NCBI GenBank assembly: GCA_028820655.1
Contig: JAPPIK010000015.1
Coordinates: forward strand, 7,562 to 71,561
Reading direction: 5' to 3'
From: Candidatus Poribacteria bacterium
GTDB lineage: Bacteria > Poribacteria > WGA-4E > JAJDTR01
DNA length: 64,000 bases
Numbering within the stretch: position 1 is the first letter of the stretch; each line of letters begins with the position of its first letter. Below the pieces are notes generated by a model. It did not search any database and was not told where the DNA came from. It saw only the letters and a list, made by a program, of their open reading frames with translations. Below are positions 18,855 through 29,858 of the stretch, in pieces. The position numbers were made by a program, and so were the translations under genes.

Positions 18855-20864
18855 GTGGCCCAAGACAGCAAGTCAAATGTGGTACTGGCAGAGATCGATC
18901 TGTCTGAATGCGCGGCAGGCAAAATCCTGGACTATCGCGAGCCGGATAAACGCGTGGAGGAGAAGGTTTTCAAGGGCTGGAACAATGCCCTGGAATGGGG
19001 CCCCAAGCAGGGGAAACGGCCAAGTTCCTATCGGGTGGTTCGGGATGGGGAGGTGCCGGTGCTGGAACATCACAACAAAACCGGGCGCTGCCTTACAACA
19101 GGGGAGCCGCTGTGGGCGGATTACACAGTGGAGGCCTTTGTTCGGCAACTGAACGCGTTTACCCAGCCGAACAATGACGAACCACACGCCATTGTGGGCC
19201 TCTCAGGCCTGATGGTGCGATATCAGGATCTGCGGCGGTATTATATCTTCGCCATAGAGGGATATGAGCGCTTTGTGCTGTATCGCCGTGAGGATGAGGC
19301 ATGGACCATGCTCGCCGATTACCGGGATGGGGTGGACCGAAGTCGGTATTACCACCTGAGGGCGGTGTGCGAAGAAGAGCGGTTGGCGTGCTACGTGGAT
19401 GGAAAGCAAATATTTGTCGCCTATGACGAGAAGTTTCAGACGGGCAAGGTTGGCATCCGGACCAACACGCGCAGCCGGATGTATGGGGTACGGGTTACCG
19501 CGTCGGAGCCCGCCCGGGCGGCATACGCAAGCCGTCAGAGTGCCTATGACCGGGAGGTAGCGGAGGCAGCGGAAAAATACCCGAAGCCGGTGCTGTGGAA
19601 GCGGATCGACGTAAGCGAATACTGGCCTTGCGAGGTGCGGTTGGGAGATTTCCGTGGGGCCGGGAAGAAGGAGATCGTGCTGCAGCAGGAGACGGAATCG
19701 GGCATTCGGGTGGTGTGCCTGGATGCGGAGGGAGAAAAGCAGTGGGATCAGGTGTATGCCGCGGCGGCGGGTTTAGATAAAAAACACAAGGTAGTACACG
19801 ATCTGGATGGGGACGGTGTGGAGGACTTTATTGGGGTCGAAGGGGATCTGCTGCGGATGGTCAGTGGACGGACAGGCGAGGTAACGGCCGAGACAGAACT
19901 GCCAAAGACAGGGCCGTATCGCGGGTATCGGGGAAAGAGCGTGAGGACGTGTTTGCACAAGCTAGGAGCCTTGTGGCCGTGCCGAATTCGCAAGACTGAG
20001 AAGGCGCAGGATCTGATCTTGAGGGATGGCGACGGCGAGGGAACCGGGTACTCCATCTGGGCCTACGATGAGGCCTTGAATCTGCGGTGGCGTCAGGATG
20101 CGCACGAGTCGTGGTATGGGATGTACATGTGGTTCTATGACGTGGACGGGGATGGCCGCGATGAGATCCTGCCGGGGTATCAGCTTTACGATGGGGACGG
20201 GAACCTCCTGTGGCTGATGGAAGGCGCGGAATACATCGAAGATTCAGGGGGGGCCGGGCATATCGATCACGCCGCGTTTGGGGAATTGGACGGCGATGAA
20301 AGCAATGGTCCCGAGATCGGGATTGCCGGCAGCGATCCGGGATTTTTCTTAGTGGATGCGCGCACCGGGGCGCTGTTGAGGCATCACCGGTTTGGACATG
20401 TGCAGGGTATCTATGCGGGGAATTTCCGGCCGGATCTGCCGGGTTTGGAAATGTGGATGGGGAATCGCTGGGAAAACTACGGGATCTTGAATCTGGTGAG
20501 CGGCAAGGGAGATCCGCTGACGCGGTTCGAGCCCGACACAATCAGCCAGGGGGGGCCGCCAGTGAACTGGACTGGCGACGGCGAAGAGCTGCTGTTCCTC
20601 TATTCTTCCAGGGAGGCGTTCGGCTTCTATGACGCGAAGGGCAGAAAGGTGGTGCGCCCGGTATGTGAAGGGCTGCCATTCGAGTGGGCATATGGGTTGA
20701 CCGAGGATGTGGTGGGCGACGTTCGAGATGAAATTGTCTATGCTCACGAGGGGGCCGTTTATATCGTAACGCAAGATCGTCCCTACCCTCCCGGCGAACG
20801 AATTTATGCGCCGGAGCGCAGGTTTGATATTTCGTTGCCGGGCTGGAAGTTGAATGAGGGTTAG
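18855..20864 (+). CDS. Jellyroll (DUF1080-like) domain + DxDGDG beta-propeller, rhamnogalacturonan-lyase-like
   Basis: WADYTVEA...GKVGI N-domain; DLDGDGVED, DVDGDGRDEI, GHVQ...GNFRPDLPGLE, DVVGDVRDEI. Confidence 0.7.
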   Translation: MAQDSKSNVVLAEIDLSECAAGKILDYREPDKRVEEKVFKGWNNALEWGPKQGKRPSSYRVVRDGEVPVLEHHNKTGRCLTTGEPLWADYTVEAFVRQLNAFTQPNNDEPHAIVGLSGLMVRYQDLRRYYIFAIEGYERFVLYRREDEAWTMLADYRDGVDRSRYYHLRAVCEEERLACYVDGKQIFVAYDEKFQTGKVGIRTNTRSRMYGVRVTASEPARAAYASRQSAYDREVAEAAEKYPKPVLWKRIDVSEYWPCEVRLGDFRGAGKKEIVLQQETESGIRVVCLDAEGEKQWDQVYAAAAGLDKKHKVVHDLDGDGVEDFIGVEGDLLRMVSGRTGEVTAETELPKTGPYRGYRGKSVRTCLHKLGALWPCRIRKTEKAQDLILRDGDGEGTGYSIWAYDEALNLRWRQDAHESWYGMYMWFYDVDGDGRDEILPGYQLYDGDGNLLWLMEGAEYIEDSGGAGHIDHAAFGELDGDESNGPEIGIAGSDPGFFLVDARTGALLRHHRFGHVQGIYAGNFRPDLPGLEMWMGNRWENYGILNLVSGKGDPLTRFEPDTISQGGPPVNWTGDGEELLFLYSSREAFGFYDAKGRKVVRPVCEGLPFEWAYGLTEDVVGDVRDEIVYAHEGAVYIVTQDRPYPPGERIYAPERRFDISLPGWKLNEG

Positions 20865-20888
20865 GGTAATCTGGATGATTTCTGTTGA

Positions 20889-20981
20889 CATTTTGTTCAC
20901 TGAGAAGCTCAAACATGGTACAATTCCGTGGGCGGGGAGCGTCGCACGCTCTTCTACAAGTATGTTCCTTTTGGCATGCAC
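20889..20981 (+). pseudogene. ~93-bp fragment of a PhyH gene nearly identical to reverse complement of 10038-10137
   Basis: cattttgttcactgagaagctcaaacatgg...gtatgttccttttggcatgcac with a 6-bp deletion and ~3 substitutions. Confidence 0.85.
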
Positions 20982-21105
20982 GTAGCGCCGTCGCCGGATT
21001 TGATCTTCCGAGCCACTGTAAGATCGAGCCAGAGATGATTTTCCAGATCGATCCGGATCTGGCGCTCAGAATTATCCGCTAACGCGGGCCGCAAATCTAA
21101 CACCA

Positions 21106-21156
21106 ACGCCCTTTGAGAAGCGAACCGATCCGCTTTTCAAAGGGCGTCTTTATTTG
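21106..21156 (+). terminator. Stem-loop, possible intrinsic terminator
   Basis: acgccctttgagaagcg / cgcttttcaaagggcgt followed by ctttattt; lies just before the next start codon. Confidence 0.5.
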
Positions 21157-21164
21157 AAGCAGCT

Positions 21165-22058
21165 ATGTCCGTTCGTTTTGTTTTTTTGACAGACAGTCAT
21201 CACTACCCCGGTGCGCCGAAAGACTACGGGGCGCCGAAGATGCTGACGCAAAGTAGAACCGTTCTGGATGCAATCGTGCCGGCGGTCAATCCTCTCAAAC
21301 CCGACTTCATCGTTCACGGCGGGGACTTTCTATGCGGCGGCAGCTCCTTTGAGTTGCCGCGGACGACTTATCTGCAATCGATTGAGGAGGTCGCAGAGGT
21401 ATTTTCCGGGTTCGAGGCGCCAACATATTACGTTCCGGGCAATCACGACTCAGATGCACAAAGCGGATCTTTTGAACCGTTCGCGGAAAGATTCCCCATC
21501 CCGGAAACAATCGATGTCGTTGATGCGGGGCCTCGTCTTCGACTCGCTCTCGCAAACATCTACCATCAGTGCGACCCTATCGAGGAAGGCAACGGCGTTT
21601 GGACCGACGCGCTTGACAACGGACTCCGTGAAGCAGCGGAACAAGCCTATGCCGATCGATGCGCGATATTGCTGGTACTCCATACATGGGTGCTGCGAGG
21701 CTACGAAGACCAGCCCGGCGTCCTCAGCGGCGCAGACCGTCTGCTGGAAACCGTGAAGGAGAGTCCCGCCATTGTCGCATTGTTCACGGGGCATAAGCAC
21801 ACAAACCGTATCCGGATGTACCGTGATTTCCTGGTCGTTGACACGGCATGCCTAATCGGTTTCCCGATGGGATTTCGGGAGATTCGACTCCAGGACGACG
21901 GATATTTTGTCACGCGGTTCCACCAACTGGATCTGCCAGAGCTTATCCAGGAATCGTACGACCGTTCCAGCGTAGAAACGAACGACGCCTGGCAGGGCGA
22001 GATTCATGATCGGGATACGGAAATCTTCTTGCCAAGACTCAGAGAAATTTGGCGCTAG
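21165..22058 (+). CDS. Calcineurin-like metallophosphoesterase
   Basis: TDSH, HGGD, PGNHD, GHKH motifs. Confidence 0.92.
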   Translation: MSVRFVFLTDSHHYPGAPKDYGAPKMLTQSRTVLDAIVPAVNPLKPDFIVHGGDFLCGGSSFELPRTTYLQSIEEVAEVFSGFEAPTYYVPGNHDSDAQSGSFEPFAERFPIPETIDVVDAGPRLRLALANIYHQCDPIEEGNGVWTDALDNGLREAAEQAYADRCAILLVLHTWVLRGYEDQPGVLSGADRLLETVKESPAIVALFTGHKHTNRIRMYRDFLVVDTACLIGFPMGFREIRLQDDGYFVTRFHQLDLPELIQESYDRSSVETNDAWQGEIHDRDTEIFLPRLREIWR

Positions 22059-22072
22059 AAAAGGAGCAGCGA

Positions 22073-22765
22073 ATGAAAATTCTGGTCACCGGCGCCGCCG
22101 GTCGGGTGGGCTCGGCCGTTGTAAAAGGTTTGAAAGACAGGTATTCTCTGCGGGGTTTTGACCGCGTCCCGACGCCCGAACTCGAAGACGCAGTCGTTGG
22201 GGATATCACTGACTTCGATGGCGTCCTTATAGCCACGCGGGACATGGAGGCAGTGATTCACCTCGCGGGCAATCCGTCGAGCGGGGCGCCCTGGGAGGAG
22301 ATACTCCCGAACAATTTCATCGGCACATACAATGTCTTTGAAGCGGCGCGGCAAAACGGCGTGCGACGAATCGCTTTCGCCAGTCGGGCCGGGCTGCTTG
22401 CGCCCTATCCCCAAGACGTCATGCGGACGGTTGATATGACGCCGCGACCGGAGACCTACTATTCGATCAGCAAGGTGTTTGGGGAAAGTCTGGGGTATAT
22501 GTACTCCGCGCGATTCGACATGGAATTTGTGGCGGTTCGGATTGGCAGTTTCAACCACGACGGTGACCTTCCCACACACCCGCATCAACTCAGTCACGGT
22601 GACGCGGCTCGTGTGTTCGAGCATGCTCTCACGCATCCCGGCGTGAAGTTCGAGGTTGTGTTTGGGGTTTCAGACAGTACCTGGCCGCTTTACGATTTAG
22701 AACACGGACGGCGCGTTATCAACTATCACCCGCAGGATAAGTCGGAGGCGGAGCCCGAGATTTGA
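22073..22765 (+). CDS. NAD-dependent epimerase/dehydratase (uronate dehydrogenase-like)
   Basis: TGAAGRVG, HLAG, YSISK, RIGS; AAGGAG RBS. Confidence 0.88.
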   Translation: MKILVTGAAGRVGSAVVKGLKDRYSLRGFDRVPTPELEDAVVGDITDFDGVLIATRDMEAVIHLAGNPSSGAPWEEILPNNFIGTYNVFEAARQNGVRRIAFASRAGLLAPYPQDVMRTVDMTPRPETYYSISKVFGESLGYMYSARFDMEFVAVRIGSFNHDGDLPTHPHQLSHGDAARVFEHALTHPGVKFEVVFGVSDSTWPLYDLEHGRRVINYHPQDKSEAEPEI

Positions 22766-22922
22766 CACCAGGCATCATCGGCGCGTTGGGGAAAAGGAGT
22801 TGCTATGGACATTCTGATCATCGGCGCACACGATACATGGGCCGGATTGTCGTGCAGAGGCTGTTGGCTGACCTTTAAGTCGTTTCTGTTGATATAGAGA
22901 CTATCGTGGAGGAATTAGAGCC

Positions 22923-23930
22923 GTGACTGAACCCATTATAAAGACCACCGTGGTTGGCAGCTATCCTATACCGGCATGGCTGGCGGCCATGCCGTCAACG
23001 CCTAATCTTCATGACGCTATTCTGGTGGTGCTCAAGACGCAGGAATTAGCCGGTCTTGATCTACTGGCCGATGGCGAACTATCGCGCTTTAATATTATGC
23101 ACCCCGAAACCAATGGTATGATTGACTATTTCATCGGTCCTATGGCCGGCATCAGCACACATTTGAGCCGAGAGGAATTGAGTACGTTTCGAACTCAGTC
23201 CGGCATGGCTTTTCGAGCACAACCGGCCGGCGTGGTACGAGACAGGATTGGGGAAGGGTTACTCAATTTGCCGGCCGCGTGGCAACTCGTTAAACCGTTA
23301 ACCGGCCATCCCCTCAAGTTTACGCTGACCTCACCGTATATGCTGGCCAAGACTCTGCTCGACCAGCATTACCACGACCTGCCAACCCTAACAAACGAGA
23401 TTGCTGAGGTGCTGCGCCGGCAAGTAGCCGAAATTGACGCTACGGTGATACAGATTGACGAAGCCAATTTAACTGGGCATCCCGAAGATGCAAGCTGGGC
23501 CTATAAACCTATCAATCATGTCCTCAATGCCGTCCAAGGCCAAAAGGGATTGCATTTATGCTTTGGAAACTACGGTGGACAAACCATTCAGCAAGGCTTC
23601 TGGCGTAATCTGCTGCCATTTCTCAATAATCTCGACGTCGATCACCTGATTCTTGAGTTTGCCCGTCGAGGCTTCGACGAGTTAGAGCTTTTCTGCGACT
23701 TACGCCAGGACATTGGCCTGGGAGTCGGCGTTATAGACATCAAGGATAATGAAGTCGAGACCGTTGACGAAGTGGCTAAGAGCATTGAAAAGGCCGTCAA
23801 GGTGCTTGGTGCAGAGCGGGTGCGTTGGGTTCACCCAGACTGCGGCTTCTGGATGTTACCGCGTAGCGTTGCCGACAAAAAAATGGAGAGCTTAGTTCGA
23901 GGCCGAGATCAATTTTTGGGGCGCATATGA
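22923..23930 (+). CDS. Cobalamin-independent methionine synthase II family protein
   Basis: VVGSYP, DGELSR, QIDEA, HLCFGN, PDCG. Confidence 0.88.
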   Translation: MTEPIIKTTVVGSYPIPAWLAAMPSTPNLHDAILVVLKTQELAGLDLLADGELSRFNIMHPETNGMIDYFIGPMAGISTHLSREELSTFRTQSGMAFRAQPAGVVRDRIGEGLLNLPAAWQLVKPLTGHPLKFTLTSPYMLAKTLLDQHYHDLPTLTNEIAEVLRRQVAEIDATVIQIDEANLTGHPEDASWAYKPINHVLNAVQGQKGLHLCFGNYGGQTIQQGFWRNLLPFLNNLDVDHLILEFARRGFDELELFCDLRQDIGLGVGVIDIKDNEVETVDEVAKSIEKAVKVLGAERVRWVHPDCGFWMLPRSVADKKMESLVRGRDQFLGRI

Positions 23931-24239
23931 CTATTTCACTTCTGGTTCTTGATCCGTACATTCTTAATATGAAAACGCGGATGCCGTTTCGCTACGGAAT
24001 TGCCGTGATGACAGCGCTGCCCTGTCTATTTGTCCGTTTGACCGTGGAGATCGATGGTCAACCTGTTTATGGATTTTCATCTGATGGCTTAGCCCCTAAG
24101 TGGTTCACCAAGGATCCGGAGAGTCATTATCGTGATGATATTGCCGATATGCTGCGCGTTGTGCAACAAGCCTTCCGGCACGGACAGGAGATGGGAGGCA
24201 CTGATACAATATTTGCCTTGTGGCGAGGTATTTATGACC
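23927..24239 (+). pseudogene. 5' part of an enolase-superfamily-like protein, fused in frame to an IS tail
   Basis: RMPFRYG...LAPKWFTK N-terminus, then abrupt switch to transposase sequence. Confidence 0.6.
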
Positions 24240-24407
24240 GGCAACAGCGTACCCCAGCAATGGCCGCTGGCATCACCGACTATCTGTGGACCATAGAACA
24301 ACTGCTCAGGTTTCGCGCGCCACCTTGGCGGAAAACTATATCCCAAAACCTAGCAGTCTAGATGCAAAGCTCACTGATGGGAGTCTGTCCCAAAACGGGG
24401 AAAGTGC
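24240..24407 (+). mobile_element. IS1-like transposase C-terminal remnant
   Basis: [20 protein letters not shown] is the characteristic IS1-like tail motif. Confidence 0.75.
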
Positions 24408-24800
24408 GCGTGGTAGAGAAGCCCAGTCACCTGAGCTTCTCCCCAGTTCGAACCCATCGTGCCCGATTCAGGCAATGGGCTCAAGACAGAATGGTTCGCC
24501 TCGAAAGGCTATCCTTCTCACGTTTGTCGCCGTTATTCATTGAGGTTCTGATGACCTCATAACGTGTCGATGAAAAGGGGCATTCTGCCCAGCGTCCTTC
24601 CCTCTGCGAGCATTACTTCGCTTCTCCGGTACTATGACCCATCCGACAACCTGACAATCATCTTGGCTTCCTCGCTTTTACACTTGTTAGCCAATACTCA
24701 AAATTCGGAGAATTGTCAGGTTCTCCCACGTTTACCTAAGCTCGACTTTGTACAAAAGTACAAAGGCTGGGTTGTAGCGAGAACCGTACAACACCAAGCC

Positions 24801-24892
24801 CGTAGACGGGAATCAAGCGAGCGGATAGCGAGTGATCAAGTGACCGAATAGGGAACGCGATAGAACTCCCATAGAGATCCCCTTGCCCCGTC
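24801..24892 (-). repeat. Family A (stutter + 2 parts) inside REP hairpin
   Basis: Minus strand gacggggcaag[gggatctctatgggagttctatcgc...cgcttgat]tcccgtctac. Confidence 0.85.
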
Positions 24893-25269
24893 GTGATGGT
24901 ACCGGAAGCCACTACCGACTTTTTCACAGATTAACCAAAAGAGCCAGATGGTTAAAATCTCACCCGCTTTTCTTCAACGCTTAATTGACATCGATTGTTA
25001 TCCCACTTAAATGTACAAAGTCGAGCTTAGCGCTTCCGACGGGAGTATGACAATCGAGTAGCTGAGGGCAAAATCGACTTTACGGGAGTCATACACCACC
25101 ACATTTTCCACTTGACGCCATCACGAATTTCGGGCACATTAGGGGCAAAAACATCACCTTCGGCGCTTGGGTAGCGAAGACAGGCGACAATGTCGTTGTC
25201 TTGGCGCATGCGCTCCCCTCAATCTCGGATTCGGATCGGGGGCATGTGTCAATGATATTGCAGGCGATT

Positions 25270-25625
25270 TCGACGCGTTGCCATTCCTCGTGAAACCGAT
25301 CGGATTGAGCGTGACAAAGTTCGGGCAGGTTAAACGCACTGCGGTGCTCCAAAACTTCCCAAACCCGTTTTACCCGGAGACCTGTTTACCGTATCGATTG
25401 GCGGTCGATGCACCCGTGACCTTTCGCATCAAAAACCTGCGGGGGCAACTTGTCGGTGAGTGGAATGTCGGGGTCCAAAAAGCGGGGCGCTATCTGACGC
25501 GAGAAACCGCCGCCTATCGGAACGGCAAAGACGGAGTCGGAGAGACGGTTTCCAGCGGCGTCTATTACCACATGCTCTAATCCGGCTCGTTCCAAGCCAC
25601 ACCCAGAATGCTCCTTGTGGAATAG
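25270..25625 (+). pseudogene. C-terminal sorting-type (T9SS/FlgD-like) domain remnant
   Basis: LQNFPNPFYPETCLPYRLA...GETVSSGVYYHML*SGSFQATPRMLLVE*, internal stop at 25578-25580. Confidence 0.8.
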
Positions 25626-25708
25626 GACGGAGAAGATTTGCGATTTTGCCCCAAGCGGAGGTAGTTATTGGTTTATTTTCCGAAAAAATATGGTTAGTGT
25701 TGGGTGCC

Positions 25709-25798
25709 GGTGCGGTTGGAAGGGATCTCTATGGGATCTCTATCGCGGTCACTAACCGTTCCCTTGATCACTCGCTATCCACTCGCTTGATCACCTAC
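25709..25798 (+). repeat. Family A inside REP GGTGCGGTTGGAA(ACCG)CACCTAC
   Basis: ggtgcggttggaa[A units]cacctac, right arm partly missing. Confidence 0.85.
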
Positions 25799-25947
25799 GG
25801 GGTTGCAGGAATACCAATGCTCGGTTTCGGGGCGCGGTGCGAGAGAAAGAAATCAAGTTTTCAAGAAAAAACTTGATTTCGACGGTTTCGGCGTTCTAAA
25901 GACATTCGGATTTTCTGAACAATCTCCATCAAGTATGGAGGAGGGTA

Positions 25948-26793
25948 ATGCTTGATAAACGCCATCTTCAACATTTGATAACCGGCGAACAGCTTCAACA
26001 CTTCGATGAACAGGGTTATCTCATCCTGGAGGACGTTCTTCCGCAGGCCCTCGTGAAGGAACTCGAAGTACCCGTCGATCAGATTCATCAGGAATATCTG
26101 GATGAAAAAGGTCCGACGGCGCGGCATAGCAATTTCTTCTATCGCGATTTTCTCGGCAGGGATCCGCTGTTCGTCGACCTGCTGGATTGGTACAAGACCT
26201 TCCCGAAAGTTTGGGGAATTCTCGGATGGAACATCTACTCGTATCATTCCCACTTAATCGTGACGCCGCCGGGAAGCCCGGCGGAAGTCGATGATGTCGG
26301 GCTGCTTCGCTGGCATCAGGACAGTGGGCGCCTCACCAAAGACATGAAGATTCATCCCCCGCCGCGAATGGCATTTAAAATAGTGTACTGGCTGTCCGAT
26401 TGCTCGGAACCGGGACGAGGAAATTTCTATATTGTTCCCGGAAGCCACCTTCGTGACACGATCAATAAACCCACCGACGGCTCTCTTCCCGAAGGCGCGA
26501 TGCCGGTCTGTTGCAAGCCGGGCGATGCGGTCTTCTTTGACGGACGGTTATGGCATTGTCGTAACAGCAACGAATCGGATATTACGCGGAAAGGGCTATT
26601 CATCGGATACGCTTTTCGGTGGATGCGCGCTATGGATCACATTACGATTCCTCCAGAGATTTTCGACAGATGCGACCCAATCCGTCAACAACTGCTGGGC
26701 TATGCGGCGAGACCGGGAGGCCGCTTTTCAGGGCAGGACAAGGATTCTCCGCTCAAAGTTTGGCTCGAAGAACACGGGGTTTTCATAGAGTAG
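25948..26793 (+). CDS. PhyH family dioxygenase (EctD-like fold)
   Basis: WHQD, VPGSH, PGDAVFFD..LWH; GGAG RBS. Confidence 0.92.
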   Translation: MLDKRHLQHLITGEQLQHFDEQGYLILEDVLPQALVKELEVPVDQIHQEYLDEKGPTARHSNFFYRDFLGRDPLFVDLLDWYKTFPKVWGILGWNIYSYHSHLIVTPPGSPAEVDDVGLLRWHQDSGRLTKDMKIHPPPRMAFKIVYWLSDCSEPGRGNFYIVPGSHLRDTINKPTDGSLPEGAMPVCCKPGDAVFFDGRLWHCRNSNESDITRKGLFIGYAFRWMRAMDHITIPPEIFDRCDPIRQQLLGYAARPGGRFSGQDKDSPLKVWLEEHGVFIE

Positions 26794-27374
26794 ACAAGTG
26801 ATGACAAACCACACATTTCATTGTGCCATCCATTTAGATAGACAACTTTCCGACATCGCTCTTTGCAGGTACGGTGACATTGCTGATTAGATGTGCGCAA
26901 GTTGCGACCCATTCCCGTAAATTGGGCTTCTAACCCGACACTCCTTTAGAATGCATCGCAAACCGGGGCGGCGTACATTAATTCGACGAAATCTGCTCGC
27001 AGTGGATTGACAAATTCACGGCACACATGCGCATACGGCTTGGATCTTCCTAGCCAAACCGAGCAGGACCACAATTTACACTCGGAAAATCTCAAATCCT
27101 ACTGTTAACAAAAGGTAGCAACGTGGGTAGAATAACTATACTTTTTGATGCCTTCGCGAGGGACGCCTTTGGTGATGTGGCAAACCTGGCGCCGTCTGAC
27201 AATATGCTCACGGTAACTATCTTGTGGCGTCAACTGTCGATTGAATATCTCATTCCCTGAATCAAGCACTGGCTCCGATGTTCCTTGATGGGCCTGGGAC
27301 ACATAGTTTGGCTGTACCCTGATAACCGCTGTCAAGTTGACTCTTCTTCCCTTCCGCAACTTGGAACTTTTAGA

Positions 27375-27403
27375 TTGACAACTTAACATGTATGTGGTAT
27401 ATT
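27375..27403 (+). promoter_or_regulatory. Near-consensus sigma70 promoter with no obvious downstream gene
   Basis: TTGACA-17-TATATT with extended TG; spacer resembles that at 37318-37347. Confidence 0.55.
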
Positions 27404-27584
27404 TTAACATAGTCACCCCATGGCGACCGAACTTTTTTTTCTGTTGGCATCTTGTTAGCATCACGATTGCTGAAAACCCGCTCCTGCAAAGGGATTCTCC
27501 ATCTTAAAGAATGCTAACACGCCGCTTAAATCAGCGTTCCGTTAGCATCTCTTAACCACTAAGTCGCTTCAAGGAGAAAATTCG

Positions 27585-27955
27585 GGGATCAAGCGAGTGG
27601 ATAGATCAAGTGACTGAATAAGGAACGCGATAGAAATCCAGCAAGTGAGTGAATAGCGAACGATCAAGAGAATGAATAATGACTGTGGGAGCGATTTCCG
27701 AATCGCGATAGCCCTCTGTAGGAGCGATCTCCAGGTCGCGATTCAGCAGTCGTAGGGTGGGCACCGCCCACCAGCCTCTAAAAGCCCCGGAGGGGATCAA
27801 ACGAGCGGATAGCGAGTGATCAAGTGACCGGATAGGATCAAACGAGTGAATAACGAGTGCGATAGAAATCTTCGTGCGATAGAAATCCCATAGAGATCTT
27901 GAAGGTGTATGGAAACGCCAAGACCCCGTGTTCCAAAGCCCCAGCGGGGCGAAAG
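27585..27955 (-). repeat. REP cluster with two family A arrays on the minus strand
   Basis: gatcaagcgagtggatagatc...; GTAGGAGCGATCTCC, GTAGGGTGGGCACCGCCCACC and CCCC.GGGG hairpins. Confidence 0.85.
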
Positions 27956-28691
27956 GTACGTAGTAGATTGCAATTAACACCTGAACTAACGCCGTATAAG
28001 TGACCAAAAATGGCTTTGCTGCAATTTTTCAAACAGGCTCTTAACGGCAGACAAAATGCCTGTTTCATTGCGAAAACGAGAAATCGAATGGTTTCCAGAA
28101 AACGTTCACAGGCTTCGAGATATTCTGGCCAGATTAAGTTTGTAGCCCGCCCTCACCGGTGAAAAGCGGACTGATTTAACTGAAATAGTGAAATAGTTGG
28201 TGAAAAAAGTGAAAAAACTATAGACAACCTTAGTTGCCGCCTGTGTCCGACAGGGCGCAGAAAACGAGTTTTTTCCCACGTGGACGCATGAGATTGACGA
28301 AAATGATCTCAATTTACACATAATTCACCCACGTGGAAAAAAATCGGATTCTTTCTTATAGGTAGCAACTTGCGTTAGACATCTTTCCTGATTGTCCCGA
28401 ACTGCTGCCGATTGAAAATCTATCGACTGTGCATTGCGCCCTTGGTCCCTCAACACCGTGAACAATTTCTGATACGATTGACATTATTTTGGAAAGATTT
28501 TTAATCGATTCACGTGTGTTTCGGACGAATGGTATAGGTCCAATTCTCTAATTTGACAATGGGTTTCTGGCGGATGGTATGAGTCGAAATGGCGATTCGG
28601 AGATCGCTCCTACCGGGTAATGCATCGCACAACCGTGTACGTCCCAACAGATCTGCTGAAACCACGAATGATCGACAACTAAAGACTTATC

Positions 28692-29858
28692 ATGAAGATA
28701 AAAGAGATAAAAGCTGTTAAGTTGAATGTGCCTCCCCGAACAGGGAATCTGACACCCCAAAGGCGACCATCTTGGGCGGAGCACTCCGAGGTCGCCAACC
28801 CGATGTCAAAATATCCCAAATACAAACGCCGCCGCTCCAGTTGGATGCCGAAATGGGGCAGCGTCTTCGTGAAAGTCACCGCCGAGGACGGTACATGGGG
28901 ACTTGGACAAACTACGTTCGGCAGACCCGTGGCTGCGATCATCGATGACCACTTTGCCCCGAAGCTGGCGAGCGAAGACTGCTTCGCGGTCGAAAAGATC
29001 TGGGATATGATGTTCCGAATGTCTAAGCCCTACGGCTCACAGGGGTTAACCAGTTGCGCGATGAGCGGTATCGACCTCGCCCTGTGGGATCTCATCGGCA
29101 GAATAAAGAACCAACCGGTTTACCAACTATTGGGCGGTCCCGTCCGCGACAGTCTCTTTGCATACGCAACGGGCAACGACACGGATTGGCAGATCGAACT
29201 CGGTTTCAAAGCGGTGAAGTTAGCGTGTCCCTATGGGCCGGTGGATGGGCTTTGGGGATTGAAGGAGAATGAAAAGCTGGTCGCCAAAACACGGGAGTTG
29301 GTCGGCGACGATGTCGAAATTATGTTGGATTGCTACATGGCGTTTGACGTCGACTACACCATCCGCTTGGCACAGCGGCTCAAACCGTACCGGTTGAAGT
29401 GGATCGAGGAATTTCTAATCCCGGAAGATATCGATGGACACGCCAAGGTTCGGGACGCCGTGAATTGGGTTTCTCTCGCAGGAGGGGAGCACCTCTATAC
29501 CCGTTGGCCCTTCAAACAGATTATCGAGAAGGGGTGTCTGGATATCCTTCAGCCCGATATTTTCTGGGTTGGGGGCATCACGGAATGCGTCAAGATTTGT
29601 CACATGGCGGATGCCGCCGGACTCACCGTCATCTTTCACGGCGGCGGCGGAAACCAATACGGACTCCATCTCTCGGCGGCCATGCCTAACACCCCTTGGG
29701 TGGAATACTTTCTCGGCTCCGCCCCGGGCGTGCCTATGGAAGAATCAAAATCTATTGACGGAGAATCCATTCCTGAAGATAGTTACATTGCGCCGAATGA
29801 CGGGCCCGGCTTCGGATTAGAGATTAAGGAGGAGTGGATTGTGCCGTTTTGGGATTAA
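28692..29858 (+). CDS. Mandelate racemase/enolase family, L-rhamnonate dehydratase (RhmD)-like
   Basis: ANPMSKYPKY...SSW, DLALWDL, KLACPYGP, MLDCYM, WIEE, GEH, QPD. Confidence 0.85.
   Translation: MKIKEIKAVKLNVPPRTGNLTPQRRPSWAEHSEVANPMSKYPKYKRRRSSWMPKWGSVFVKVTAEDGTWGLGQTTFGRPVAAIIDDHFAPKLASEDCFAVEKIWDMMFRMSKPYGSQGLTSCAMSGIDLALWDLIGRIKNQPVYQLLGGPVRDSLFAYATGNDTDWQIELGFKAVKLACPYGPVDGLWGLKENEKLVAKTRELVGDDVEIMLDCYMAFDVDYTIRLAQRLKPYRLKWIEEFLIPEDIDGHAKVRDAVNWVSLAGGEHLYTRWPFKQIIEKGCLDILQPDIFWVGGITECVKICHMADAAGLTVIFHGGGGNQYGLHLSAAMPNTPWVEYFLGSAPGVPMEESKSIDGESIPEDSYIAPNDGPGFGLEIKEEWIVPFWD

Noticed and set aside
16562-20981. Diversity-generating retroelement (LamG pair or PhyH fragment as TR/VR)
   Set aside because: Many differences are at non-adenine positions, indels are present, and no reverse transcriptase is in the window.
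26946-27059. Minus-strand peptide VWLGRSK...CREFVNPLRADFVE reminiscent of a RAYT/IS200 C-terminus
   Set aside because: Only 37 codons with no HUH motif or catalytic Tyr; could be chance and needs an HMM search.
27105-27464. Possible Xre-type HTH (VQPNYVSQAHQGTSEP)
   Set aside because: Weak similarity and no convincing start; at best a remnant.
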